Shown in pieces: positions 23,295-36,266 of a stretch of 64,000 nt of DNA. Positions within the stretch are counted from its first letter, which is position 1. The number at the start of each line of letters is the position of its first letter. A program made the position numbers and the translations under genes. Below the pieces are notes generated by a model, which saw only the letters and a list, made by a program, of their open reading frames with translations, searched no databases and had not been told where the DNA came from. The stretch is taken from the NCBI GenBank assembly GCA_965644315.1, contig CBFFRQ010000069.1, forward strand, positions 186,001-250,000. The letters are read 5' to 3'. Source of the stretch: Caecitellus pseudoparvulus (taxonomy: Eukaryota > Protista > Bigyra: Bicosoecida).

Positions 23295-25239
23295 TCACGT
23301 CAGCTGGGGCACAAACTGCACCACGAGGAACAGCAACCCAACCAGCAGGACACCACCGTGCAGGACGCTGCGCAGCGGGGTCAGGGTCCCTGCCTTGGTC
23401 TGCGCAAGGCGGTCAATGATGATGGGCACGACAAAGATGAGGACAATGCCACAGATGGCGCCGGAGAAGCGCGTCACCACAGCGACGTTCACATTCAAGG
23501 CGGCAAACGTGTATGTCACCGCCACAATCAGGATGTTCAGAGCGACGACCTTCCACAGGCTGGGAAAGGGGGCGCCGAGCAGGAAGCCGTACACCTGCGT
23601 GCGGATGATGAACATGAGCACGGGGAAAACCGTCATCAGCTGGCAAAACAGAGACAGGCGTGCCGTGAAGGCGTACAGGTCCTCTCGGTTGTGCAGGTTG
23701 GTGCCGAACATCTCCAGGAAGTTGCCGGCCAGTTGGGCACCCGCCTTGCGGTCACCGAAGCCAATGTACCCGAGAGTGCCGATGACCATGTAGCAGGTGG
23801 CAGCAACGACGAAAGCCGTGCGAATGTCCCGGTGCTTGGTGGCAGGGTCTGCCTGCTTCGTAATGGGCTGGATGATGTTGTGGATGAAGAAGGACAGCAT
23901 GGCCGCACCTCCCAGGGCGCCTGCGCCCTCCCGAATGCCCCACGCGATCTGCAACCGGCCATCAGGCAGCTCTCCAGGTCCCTCCATGCCGAGAGTGGGG
24001 ACAAATAGCACCTTGTCTGAAATCCACGAGTGCACGCCGTGGTACGAAATGAACACGATGGTGTACGTGACGAAGAAGAAGCCGCCCGAGGACAGCTTCA
24101 CGAGCAGGCTCATGTCCCGCAAGCTGGCAAGGGGCAGCACAACCAAGGGGGCCACCGCTGCGAGGGGGCGCGACCACCCCTCGCCAGTCCCCCCTGCTGC
24201 CTCCACAATGCTCTGCACAACTTGGTACAGGGACTCCTGCATAAGGATGTGGTAGATGATGCAGGCGCCCAAGATGACGAGGTTGCTCATGGCCCACGAC
24301 ACAGCACGCCAGCGGCCTCCAAGCCAGAAGTCCACGAACTGCGAGAACTCTTCAAACCCTTTGCCGTGACTGACCACGAGGATGCAGGTGAAGCAGGACA
24401 CGAAGCCGATAAAGCCAAGGATGGCCAGGCCCATGGCGATGCCAGAGCGGGCAAAGAGGTAAGGCAGAGCCACGATTGTGGTGCCAATCATGGTGTTCAC
24501 CATTGTAGTAATGGTTTGCCTGCAGGGCGAGAGTGGGGCTCGATGTGAAGGCAGCTGCCCAGAACGTCAGGCTGCGGCACCACGCCACAGGCGTGGTTTG
24601 TGCCGACAGAGTCATGAACAGTGCCGGCAGCAGCTGCAAAGGCGACCCACGCACCAGCTGCTCTGATACTTGTTGTCATCCACCGTCGGCAGCCCAAACA
24701 CTGCGCAGGGGCAAGCAGGCAGCCAGTGCCGAGCAGTGCGTGCTCAAAGCAGCCCAAGTGCACTGCAGCAAGGCGCCCGGTAGCGGCGCGGACCAAGCGC
24801 AGGGGCACGGAGCGCCGTGGCACGCACATTGAGGAGGGATCACACTTTCAGGAGGGGCTAGGAAGCTGTCCGTGCGAGGACGCGGTGTGGAGGGCGCCTG
24901 CCCTGGAATCCGGGGTGACGCTTGTGCCTGGCTGCGAAGGGCCGAATAATACCTCATCTTTGAGCCCAGCAGCGTCGTGCGGGATGGATTCCAAGCCCGG
25001 CGATCGCGGGATGGAGTCGTGCTGCCACGCTTTGTGCCGCCACGGCTGACACTTGGGCTGGGTGATGAGCCATCGTCGTGTACGGACGTGGGCGTGGCCC
25101 TGCCTTGCAGCAGTGGAGACGCGCCCACGCTCAGCTGGGAGGGGGAATCTGCCCCTGGCACCGTGACGACGGAATGCGCGGGCTGGTTCAAGGACGTGTC
25201 GCTGCTGGGCAGGGCAGTGTATCCCTCTGCGCTCGTCAT
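23295..25239 (-). CDS. SLC38A9: SLC38A9-like lysosomal amino acid transporter
   Basis: N-tail KMRYYSAL...LAPPESVIP; TM1 VNTMIGTTIVALPY; LSFFIHN, QLMTVFP; about 11 TM segments; two introns. Confidence 0.85.
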
Positions 25240-25636
25240 GGCTGCTGCAGGGCTCGGCGAGGCGGGTGTGGGTCCACCTTGGAGCCTGTGCCGGACTCGG
25301 GCTGACTCGCACCGCGACAAGGGCACTGCAGCCCCTCGCACAACAGGCAAGCATGGGGACGCCTGGGCGGCGTGGTGATGTGTGATTTTTGCATGCGGAG
25401 GTTCGTTGCGTTGCGCCCCCAAGCTGCTGAGCTGCAGCCTTGAGCACGGGTGTCAGGGGGGGGGGCTCACCCGCCCATTGCGAGGAGAGGCGGAGTCCGG
25501 GACAAAACCACGCCACAGGGGCACAGAACATGGAACGGGATGGTTGAGTAGTGTTCTTTCCGATGCATTTTTGTGCAGTGAAGGCTTGCCACGTTTGCCT
25601 CACGCTGTCAGGAAGTGCCACAACCAAGTGGGAACC

Positions 25637-26247
25637 ATGGCTGCGCAAGAAGACTCTTCTGGCTCTGCACCAGCAGGTGACGCGCTGCCCCAGGGGTCCG
25701 TCACTCGTGAGCGACTTGAAGTAGGCAGCACCTCTGTGCCACTGGGACATGGCACAGTGATTCGCGGTGAAAAGCCATCCATGGACTTCATGCAGCTGGG
25801 CCCTTCGCCCTGTGAGCAGCAGTCAATTTCCGCAACTGCACTGCTCCCCAGAGCCACACGCCGACGCCGCACCGTGCGCCCTATGCAGTGCTGGGGCGAC
25901 TGGGTGCCTTCATGCCTGCTATGAAGACTGCGAACCAGGAGCTGCAAGGCCGCATCGCGTCGGAAGGTGCTGATGCTGTGAACCTCGAAGTGCTGGCTCC
26001 AGAATCAACAGGCCACATCGAAATGGTGAGCCACGCCCCAACTGCGGCAGAGCGAGCTGAGCGTAAGGAATTCCCCCGCCCCGTTCCTTTCTCGCAGAAC
26101 CTTCAGGTTGGCGAAATTCCCGATGCCCTCGTGTCCGATGATGAGGACGGCGCTGCGCCGCCTGAGGGAGCCGCGGGCACACAGGCGTCCTCGGCTGCCG
26201 TGCAAGCAGCCACAGACGAAGAAGACAAGGATGTCAGTCTTGACTAG
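25637..26247 (+). CDS. NOPCHAP1/C12orf45 (DUF4598)-like snoRNP assembly factor
   Basis: VLGRLGAFMPAMKTANQEL and HIEM|NLQVG resemble the family pattern LxxFLPxMxxAN..IEMxLxLG; two introns. Confidence 0.7.
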
Positions 26248-28382
26248 TTGGCACCCATGAATGGATAGGGGCGATGGAAGGGCGCCCATGGGCGCAGGTG
26301 AAAGGTGACTCCACCTCAGCCAGCCGCCCAAGCAACGTCACCATGCTCTTCCTGGACATCGGCGTGTTGAACATGACAGCTCCCCGGCATGCTCGCCCAC
26401 GCAGCACGCGCATGGCAGCAGGTGGCATCACTGCCCATGCATGCTGCTGCAGCCCGGCAGGGGCGCGCCGTATGCCCTCCAAGAACTCCCACACGTCAGA
26501 CACGGACAGCGGCAGCCGGGCCACCACCGGCAGGGTCAAAAGAGCGCCTGTGTCGCCAACCTGCACACCCCAAGCTCGTGCTGCTGAGCTTGTTGCAGCG
26601 CACAGTAGGGGCTCCGGGACGGCGCACGGCCGTGGATTCGCTACCTTGGCCACCACTGGCAAGGTCAGGTCAGTGTCCTCAAACCGACAGCCAGCGGCTG
26701 CCCCCGTCGCCTTGTCTTCAATGCTAAGCGGGCGTGTTATGTGTGGCGCGAGCTCAGCATGCTGCACTTGTGCTGGCCCCTCGCTCTCTGCCATGACTTG
26801 CCTCCTGGCATGCACTGTCAGCCAGTGCAACCTGACACGCTCGTGCGCTGCGTGCTGGTCAATGAATGCAAGTGTCACTTCACCATGCTGACCGGGCGCT
26901 ACGACCGCGATGAACTTGTGGTCTACTTGCCCGACAACATAGGCTGCTTTGAGGAAAGCGCGGGTGAGGGAACCTGCGGGTGGGCGTCCGCAGCGCAGAG
27001 GCAGCTCTGGAGAAGACCGAGTCATGGAGCCAAGCGACCGTGAGAATGCCTCGATAAGGCCATGCACATGCGAAGTTGAAACTTTGTGAGAGAAAAGGTC
27101 AGATTCTGTGCCTGGCATACTGAGAGCGTGAGCCAGATCCCATGATGTTCCCGGCGGGGGCTCCCACTCCGCATGCTTGGGGTGGAGGGGCGCAGCGTGT
27201 GCGAGCTGGGTCCCAAAGGCGCCGTGCACAGCCCTTTGTGCCAACTGTCGCAGCCCCTCGAAGTCTCCGACCACAATTTCTTGCTTGTCAGCACTGAAGT
27301 TCATGTCCACGTCCCCGGCAGTCACGGAGAAGTGCAGCAGGTACGTCGGATGCAGGCCCGCTGCAGCGCCAGGCACGCCCACCATGGACGGCTTGCTGCG
27401 TCGCACGCGCAGGTCCCGAAGTGACGCATGCTCAACTGAACGCAACAGAGAGTGCACTGTCGTGGACAAGGTCTCGAACTGGGGCCCATGGGTCCATTCT
27501 TGGCAGTTCACCAGAAGCACCTGGCCTGCCGCCGAAGGCGCGCCAACACCAACGTACCCCTCGACTCTGCATCCTCGAATATGGGCCGTTTCCAAGCGAC
27601 GAAGAGCTGTCCCCTGAAGCTGATCAGCGTCATCGCTGTTGAGCCCCTGCTCGTCCTCAGTCACGGGGAATCCGAGCAAGCTTGATAAGAGCTCCTCTGT
27701 GGACCGCTGCGCAGTGCATAGCAGCGTCTCCCCGTTCCAAGTCAGCTGAATGCTGCACCCTACACAGATGGAGAAGAGGAGCATGTCGCGTCGGATGGCA
27801 GCTGACTGCTTCTTAGCGTCCCTGGGAAGCCTTAAGGGGGCTTGGTGAAACACACCGTGGCAAGTCACCGAGGTACCATGGTGATCCACTGGCGCACGCC
27901 GCACACTGACGCGTGCGTCAAGCAGAGTTGCAGCCACTGCAGAGCCTCTCACAGAGCTGGATATTGACACCACCTTGCAGCACTCCATCGCTGCGTGGAG
28001 CGCCTGCCCTCGGTACCCGAAAGCCCCACCCCCGCTGCTGCGGCTGCCGTTGCCAGCCTTCGACGTGGCGCCAGACTGCCCCGCCAGCAACAGGCTCTGC
28101 AGGGCAATGCCGTGCCCGTCATCGACAACCGTGACACTTGCCGAGACCGGCGTGGATACATACGATATGGAGACCTTGATGCAGGAAGCTCGGCTGTCTG
28201 CTGCGTTCGCGACGACTGCAAGGTTTTTACGGCGCGTTGCAGAGCGTGAAACGTCAGCGTGCTCAAACTGAAACGCGGGCCACGGACTCACGCTCGTGCA
28301 CGAGTTGGTGCAGTGACACAAGTGTGAATCCTGCAGAGTGGATTTCGGGGCTGGCACTGCCGCCCGTGCTCTGCAAACTCAT
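26234..28382 (-). CDS. MLH3: MutL homologue, MLH3 type
   Basis: HE|LVANAAD across an intron (about 28217-28291); DDGHG, TSK, GYRGQAL, GTSV; GQVDHKFI, DQHAAHER, ACRGAVMF, PFTCAHGRPS. Confidence 0.85.
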
Positions 28383-28438
28383 GCCCAAGCGAGACCTGGC
28401 GCTGCACAGCGGCTGCCCTGGAGGCATGCTCTGCTGCA

Positions 28439-30232
28439 TCAGTAGCCGTCCCCATCAGCACCTTGGTGCACATGATACTTGCTTTCTTGGCCAGCTGGGG
28501 TTTGAGAAGGCCGGTGTTGATCACTGGCGAAGCTGGCAGATGACCCCCCCGCGCTGCTGGCCACTGAAGCTGAGTGTGAAGTCTCACGCGTGACAGGGAC
28601 ACTAGCGTCCGCTGCAGAGCGTGGGGAGGTAAAGAGTGAGAGGCTGGAGAGACCTGCAACTGCCAGCACATCAAGAGAAGGGTGCCACGTGTAGTGCAAG
28701 AGCTTCTTCGTGAAGTCAGTCATGGACACGGGGCGGGCAGGCGGGGACCAAGCGGTGCCCGCGGCACTCAGTCGGCGCACGCTGGCAGATGGGGCGAGGG
28801 TGTTCAGATCCAGGCGTTGCTCCGTGCCAGCGACAGCATCCACCACGAGCAGCTGGTCATCGTACGTCCCCGTTGCGAATCTCCTGCCGTCCCAGCAAGG
28901 GGATATTCTGAACTTGTCAAAGATGCACTCCGTCTCGAACATGTCCTCCAAGTGTGCCGACAGGTGCTCTTGGATCGGAATGCGGTGCAAGGGTGTGCCT
29001 GGCTTGCGGACATCCCACACCTTGGCGCTGAGATAGTCCCGTGAGAAGATGAAAGCGCCATCCGGGGAGAACTGCACGTCCATGATGTTGCGGGCCAGAG
29101 CGCTGTACGAGTCGTGCTCTTCAGTCCCGGGGAAGTCCACAAACTCTGCGAGGGGGGGCAGCACAGGTGCATGGCAGGTGGCCTTGGACCACACATGGGC
29201 AGCCTTGGCCAGCACGCACGTTGACTCCCGTCGTCGCACAAGGCAGATTGGCGCATGTCCGCCATGCGCACGCGGCCTTGGGAGGAGCCAAACGCGAACA
29301 AGTGCGCCTCCCTCGGGTGAAACTGAGCGGTGGTGATGACTTCCATCAACTCGTCCATGGAGGAAGGCTTCATGTCCACAATGTCTGAGCAGGCACAGCG
29401 GGGCGCAGTGCACACACTTGACTTGCACAGGGGGGAGTGCGCACAGCGGACGCACTGAAGCTGGACTTGGGGCGCTCAAAGTCCCAGATGTTGATGCGCA
29501 GGTCGTCCGCAGACAGAAAGGTCTGTCCGTCACTGCACGTGCTGATGCTATTGATGTGGTAAGCGTGGGCATTGTTGAATGTCCGACGCTGCGAAGCTAC
29601 AACGCTGCGCTCGCCAGCCGTCAGCTGGGGCACAGTGAGGCGTTTGATGGGCGGCTGGCCCCCGAAACGCCCACGCTGCACATTCATCGTGGACACCGCC
29701 CTAAGACGGCGCTCTGTGACTCGCCATAGCTTGATAGTTTTGTCTGCAAGGGCGGGGGGAGCGGGCATGGTGCTTGGGCTGGGTGCAGGCAGGGAGCCGA
29801 GCACGGCTGCTGCTGAGCGGGCACGGCGCACACACCGTTTGTCGTCAGGAGCGCGAGGGAGGCCGCCCGCCCACGACACCAGGCGATGTGGTTGATTTTT
29901 TCTTCGATGTCCATGCTCTTCAAGTAGTCGAACTCCGACTCGTGGCTTTGAAACTCGGCGTAGAATTTATACTGCGGGCCTGGGCCCTCCGCCGCCCCAC
30001 CGGCGGCGTCTTGCTGCTGGAACACGACGACGCGCCCCCCCCTGTCGCCGGTTGCAAGGTGCTGCCCATCATACGAGAACTGCACGGCGGTGAGCGTGTC
30101 AGCATCGACAAAATGCTGCGGTTCACGGTCCCCAAAGCACTGTGAGAACTGCCAGTCAGGGCCGGTGGCGGCAGTCGCTCCAGAGCTTGGGCCTTGCTCC
30201 CCCGGAGCAAGGGCGGAGCTGATGGATGCCAT
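28439..30232 (-). CDS. PPP2R2: PP2A regulatory subunit B55 (WD40)
   Basis: WQFSQCFG, LATGDRGGRVV, FQSHESEFDYLKS, NAHAYHINSIS, SADDLRINIW, SRDYL, IFDKF; three introns. Confidence 0.96.
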
Positions 30233-30680
30233 TCTATATCAGGTACTCAAGGACGGGAATCACGTCGGCCGCGGTGCATGTAGCGCTGCTGCATGCGAAG
30301 GTGAGGCGCGCTGGATCAGGTGGCCAATTTCCGCAACGCCACCAAACATGAACGCCAATGTAAGCGCGAGCAAGGGACGAAGGCGCTGGATCCAGAGAAG
30401 GTGGAGAAGTTGATGTGTCTGAAATTGGAACTGGGGTGACCCATGCTCCTGTGGCGCCTTCCTGCGCACAACAGGCACCCAGCTCCCCCGTCGCCGTTTC
30501 AATGAGCTTCGCGACGCAAGCGCAGGGCCCGAAGCAGCCCTGCACCGCGACGCGCTACGGCACGAGGCAAGTTCCCCCACATGTTTCTTTCGCAGCTCTG
30601 CATTCTCAATCTGTGGCAGGGGCCTGACGATGGCCTGCTCACGCATCGCCGCCGGGACCCTGCGCGACGCCTGGCGTTGC

Positions 30681-31763
<1,083 letters not shown>

Positions 31764-32065
31764 TGTGGAAATGGGAGATGAGGAGGATTCCGGTTGATGA
31801 TGTCCTGCAGCCTGTGAGGGCCAGGAAGGCGAGGAGTGCAGAGCAGGGCTCGTGCAGCGGCTGGCCTTGGCGGGGGTGGAGGTGGGCGGGAAACCAGCGC
31901 TGAGGCACTCACCCGAGGTGCTGCTGGAGGGCGGGTGCGGGGTGCTGAGGGTGCGGTACAGAGGGTGTATTCGTTTTGGTGGCATGAACGGACTGCTACT
32001 CAAAAGCTCCGCCCCTCTGCCCAATACAGCGTGCCTGGGAGGGGGTGACCCACCTCAACGCCAAC

Positions 32066-33450
32066 CTACCGCTGCGCCACCTGCAACCTCTCGACTGCAA
32101 ACCAGGCTCGCATGGCAGCCTGTTCAGTCGCAGTCATGGGGTCATCGTGGCCTGGGCCAGCGACTTGCACAAACTTGGAGCAGCCAGAGGGCGTGTCGGG
32201 CGCGTTCACCGCTGCGTCGAACAACGCCTTCGTGGATGACACAGGCACGCTGGCGTCGTCCTCGGAGCCGAACACGAACAAGCAGGACGACAGGGGCTTG
32301 ATGTTGTCAGCACTGGGCCACCAGCCGTCAAAAATGCCGTTCGGGACAAACGTGGTGATGGGGAACACCGCCCCGACGACGGTTGTGAAGAAATCCCAGC
32401 TGCTCTGCACGATGACTCCACCTGTCGCTGCGCCACTGCCATGCACCCGCTTGACAAGCGCAGCCGTCACCGCCCCACCCAGTGATCTGCCCTGCAGCGT
32501 AATGCGTGATGTCGGCACGGAGAGGTTGCTGGACAACCAATCAAGCGCCGACCCGGCACCGGCCATGATGTTGTCCTCCGTCACGGTGCCTGGGGATGCT
32601 CCATAGCCGGGGTAGTCATAAGTCAACAAAGCAACATTACCCTGGCTGAGCAGGTACTTGTACCGCTCGATGCGATACTGCACAGCTACATTCCACCCAG
32701 AGCCATGAGAGTACAGTATGTGCAGCGGTGGTGCAGCGGCATACGGCGCAGTTGAGTTCACCATCAGGAACCCGTCCAGGTCTCCAAACTTCGAGGGAAT
32801 GCTCACCCGTGTCGCATTCAACGCCGCATCGTCGAAGAATCCATAGTCACAGCAGTGAGTCTTGCTGCCGCAGCTTCCAGAGCAATCCTGAGCAAAGGCG
32901 GATCCAGCGTCAGAGAGCAACGGCGTGAGAGCACTTGGTCTATTGTTGCCTCCCACTCACGCTCTCCAAAGCCGGCTCGTACAGGAAGGAGGCGGGGTCG
33001 GGGCCGAGAATCACTGCCACCAGCACGATTGTAAGCAGGTACCCCACGGCGAGAGCTGCAGTGCGGGTGGAGCTTGTGGCGTGAGAGAAGTGATCAGGAG
33101 CAACGGCTGGACACGAAGCTGGACGCACCAACTGCAACCCGCTTCACCAACAGCAGAGCCCGCTCCCGGCAATCACCAGGTTCAGACAGTCGAGGTGCAC
33201 AGAACACATCGGGCCAGGCAGTGTCTTTCGACGGCGCCTGTGCCTCGGGGCTGCGCTGCGCCTCAAGGTCTGTGAGGCCGGCTGTCTCGCTTGAGCTGCT
33301 GGTCGCTGGCAAGCTGGACGGCGTTGCTGCGCCAGCCTTCGCCGGGCAGCAGGCAGACATGCACGCCCGCAGGGTATACATGCAAGTAAGTATGATCAAA
33401 ACCAGCCCTACCCAGATCAGGGCATCGTACGGGAGGAACGTTGCAGCCAT
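32066..33450 (-). CDS. Membrane-anchored alpha/beta hydrolase (ABHD12/13/17-like)
   Basis: Two N-terminal hydrophobic segments; YSHGSG, YDYPGYGAS, GRSLGGA nucleophile, GSEDD, GPGHDD; two introns. Confidence 0.85.
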
Positions 33451-33673
33451 GCTGAGCGATGTGCGGAATTTGCGCCAGTCCGGGTCGCTTCGCCAGGCAG
33501 CACTTGACCCCGCAGCGACAGGGGGGGGGAGCAAGAGCAGGCGGGCAAGTGCTTGCACCGCACTTTACTTATCCATTGTAGTGAGAAAGTGTGCATTGGG
33601 CGCAGCTGGTGCCCCTCCCCATCGCACAGCACGTTCGTCAGTGAGCCTATGCACGCGACCAAAACCAAGAATC

Positions 33674-34883
33674 TCACAACTTCAGCGATGGAGGCAAGAG
33701 AGGCGTGCCCTTGGGAACACCGAGCTGGTCAGGGAGCAGCTGCAGGTCAATGCCGAGGTATTGCTGTGCATGCTGGCGCAACCACTGCCAAGCGTCAGCA
33801 GCCGCTTGACTGAGCCCCTCCGACACTTGCTCAGCAGGGTTGTACCAGGCCGTCTTGAGTCTGTAGAACTGCAGCATGCGCAGGAACAGAGCAGCAACAA
33901 CGCCAATCAATGTGATGCCCCAGATAGTGTTGGTGGCGTCGCCCCGACCAGCCTTGGCGGTGCGCACGAGCATCACCACAGCACCGGCAGCTGCCAAGGT
34001 GAGCGCGCCGACGAAGACACCCTCCAGCACGTACTGGTCGCGCCCGCCGGGGGAGAACAGTTGTGGGCGCCCTTTCTCGTCTGCTCCCAGCAGGGCCGGG
34101 GAGCGGATGACACAGTACACCAGCCCAGACACTCCGCCGGCGTACACGAGGAAGCTGCCCAACATCCAAGCACTGGGGAGACGCCAAAAGCACAGCCGGC
34201 GCGCATCGCCACCTACCCAAGTTGCAGCGAGAGCCATGAGCACTGCAGCTGCTAAGCTGTGCAAGATGTGTGCCTCGGGCTTCTTCAGCACTTGTAGAGG
34301 CTCGTCAAGCTGCAGAAGGGCCAGCACGGCCTCTGCAGTGTGTGGCCCGTCTGGGCTGATGGTGCGCTGGGGGTCCAACGTCGCCTCTCGGTCCCGGAAC
34401 TTTCGTCGCTTGGTGGACCCCGGCATGAAGCTGATGGTGGGCGCATTCCGCATGCCGTACAGCGCAAAGGGAGCCTGGCACGTCTCGAAGCCACACCGAA
34501 AGACGAAGATGGGGCGGCGTCCCTGCAATGCAGAAGTGCCCTGCTCAGAGGCTTTCCCCAGGGTGTACTGCACTGTGCTCAGTGCATCCTCTGCTGCGTG
34601 GCAGGCTGTGCACTTGTACTTTGAGCCAGTCACAGTGAAGAGCACGAGGGCATCGTACGCCCTGGGCCCATCCAAGACGGTCTTTGTGAAGTTTGCGTCG
34701 CGGAGGTTGATGATTCCTGCACCTTGCAGCTCTGCCAACTTTTCCACTGAGACCTGCGAGGCACCGCAAGCGCAGGGCCGTGATGCAGGGGAGCGCCGGC
34801 ATGGGTGCGGAAATTGCACCCCTCACAGCTTCAGCCTGCACAGCAAGCCACGCCGCGAGAGCGACCGCAAGAACGACCCGCAT
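33674..34883 (-). CDS. Oligosaccharyltransferase OST3/OST6 (TUSC3/MAGT1) subunit
   Basis: Signal-peptide exon, thioredoxin-like CTAC, NAPT, SGLVYCVIR, QYVLEG, four TM segments. Confidence 0.88.
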
Positions 34884-35101
34884 GGTGAAGCTGGAGGTGT
34901 CTGTGTAAATGCAGTGAGCTATGCGCGCTTGCCCTCGCCCTCCTGGCTCTCGATGGGCCAGGGCCGTGGCCGTGGAGGAAGCGCGAGCCCAACTGGCCAG
35001 GACAGGCTCCAATCCGCGGCCTAGCTCACATTTCTCGCGGCCGCTGTAACAGAGGAATGCGTTCAAATTTTGCCATCTTGTAGGAACCCCTGTGCTGCAC
35101 T

Positions 35102-36038
35102 ATGGCCGACTCAAGCTCAACCCCATCGCAGGGGGCGCCGAGCCAAGATGGTGCGACGCCGCCTCGTACCTGCACGGGAGGCTGACGGTTCTGGACAGTC
35201 ACGCTCCCCGCTCCACTCGCAGGCGCTGCAAAGGTGGTGCTGCAGTACTTCGAGGGCCATGGCCTCGCTGAAATCACGGTGCGTGGCCGCATGCGCGTGT
35301 GCACAGCCTTCCCGCAGACGTTCACAAGCTTGCGTACCGCACCTTGCCAACCCCGCGAGTTGGTGAGCGAACTGCCCCTGCCCCACCCTACAGCGTTGGA
35401 TGTTGACTGCCGCTGGCATCGCCTTCGAGCACGAGCCGGTGGACACGCGGGCGAAGTTCCTGGCGCTGCGCGACGAAGAAGGCGTGCTGCCCTTCGGCCA
35501 GCTGCCCCTGCTCCGCATTGACGGGCTGTGCCTGGCGCAGTGCATGGCCACCATGCGGTACGTTGCTCGCAAGGGGGGGCTGTGGCCTGCCTCCGACCCT
35601 GCCGCTGCCCAGGTGGACATGCTGGTGGAAGCTTGCAAGGACGTGGCGGGACCGGCCGTGGGCCTGCCCTTCAAGGTGCACAGGGGGGGGGAGGAGGAGG
35701 CCACAGCGCAGCAGGCCGCCCTGACTGCCAGCGCCCGCACGCTGGGGTGGCTGGAGAAGTGGGCCGCTAAGGCCGAGCACCCCCCACACCTGGTGGGCGC
35801 CGCCACCACCGCTGCAGACGTCGTGCTGGCCTTCGCCGTGTATCAGCTGGCGCAGGCGGCATTCGGGGAGGTGACCGACTCCTGCAGTCTGGCTGCAGAC
35901 TTCCCCGCCGTGTGGGCGGTGGCTAAGGCAGTGTGGGAGTCGCCCTCCATCAAGGCGTACCTGGCTGGGCCTCAGCGCTACCCTCGCCCTGGACCTGAGT
36001 ATGTCAAGCAGGTGGACACCGTGCTGGGCAGGGTGTGA
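35102..36038 (+). CDS. Glutathione S-transferase (Tyr-type, alpha/sigma-like)
   Basis: LQYFEGHGLAEIT|RWMLTAAGIAFE, LPFGQLPLLRIDG, LAQ..A..RY, TAADV, PSIKAYL; two introns. Confidence 0.9.
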
Positions 36039-36266
36039 TGGGCTGCATGCTTGCTCCCTGCCACGGCATGGGTGAGCGAAGCAGAGCTCCACACGGTGCC
36101 CCCTGCCTGTTCGGGCAGAGGCAGTGGCAATGCAACACTAGGCTTGCGAGCACCCGTGTCAGTCTTGTAGTGCAGGGGTGGGCGACGCCAGGTGCATTGC
36201 GCGCACACCACAAACCCTTCGCAGAGTGCTCCTTGCTGGTCGAAGCTACAGCCGCCCCCCCGCTCG

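Noticed and set aside
6737-30232. Apparent TORC1/lysosome neighbourhood (V-ATPase D, AGC kinase, SLC38A9, PP2A-B55)
   Set aside because: The genes are interspersed with unrelated ones, and such themes arise easily by chance among 30 housekeeping genes.
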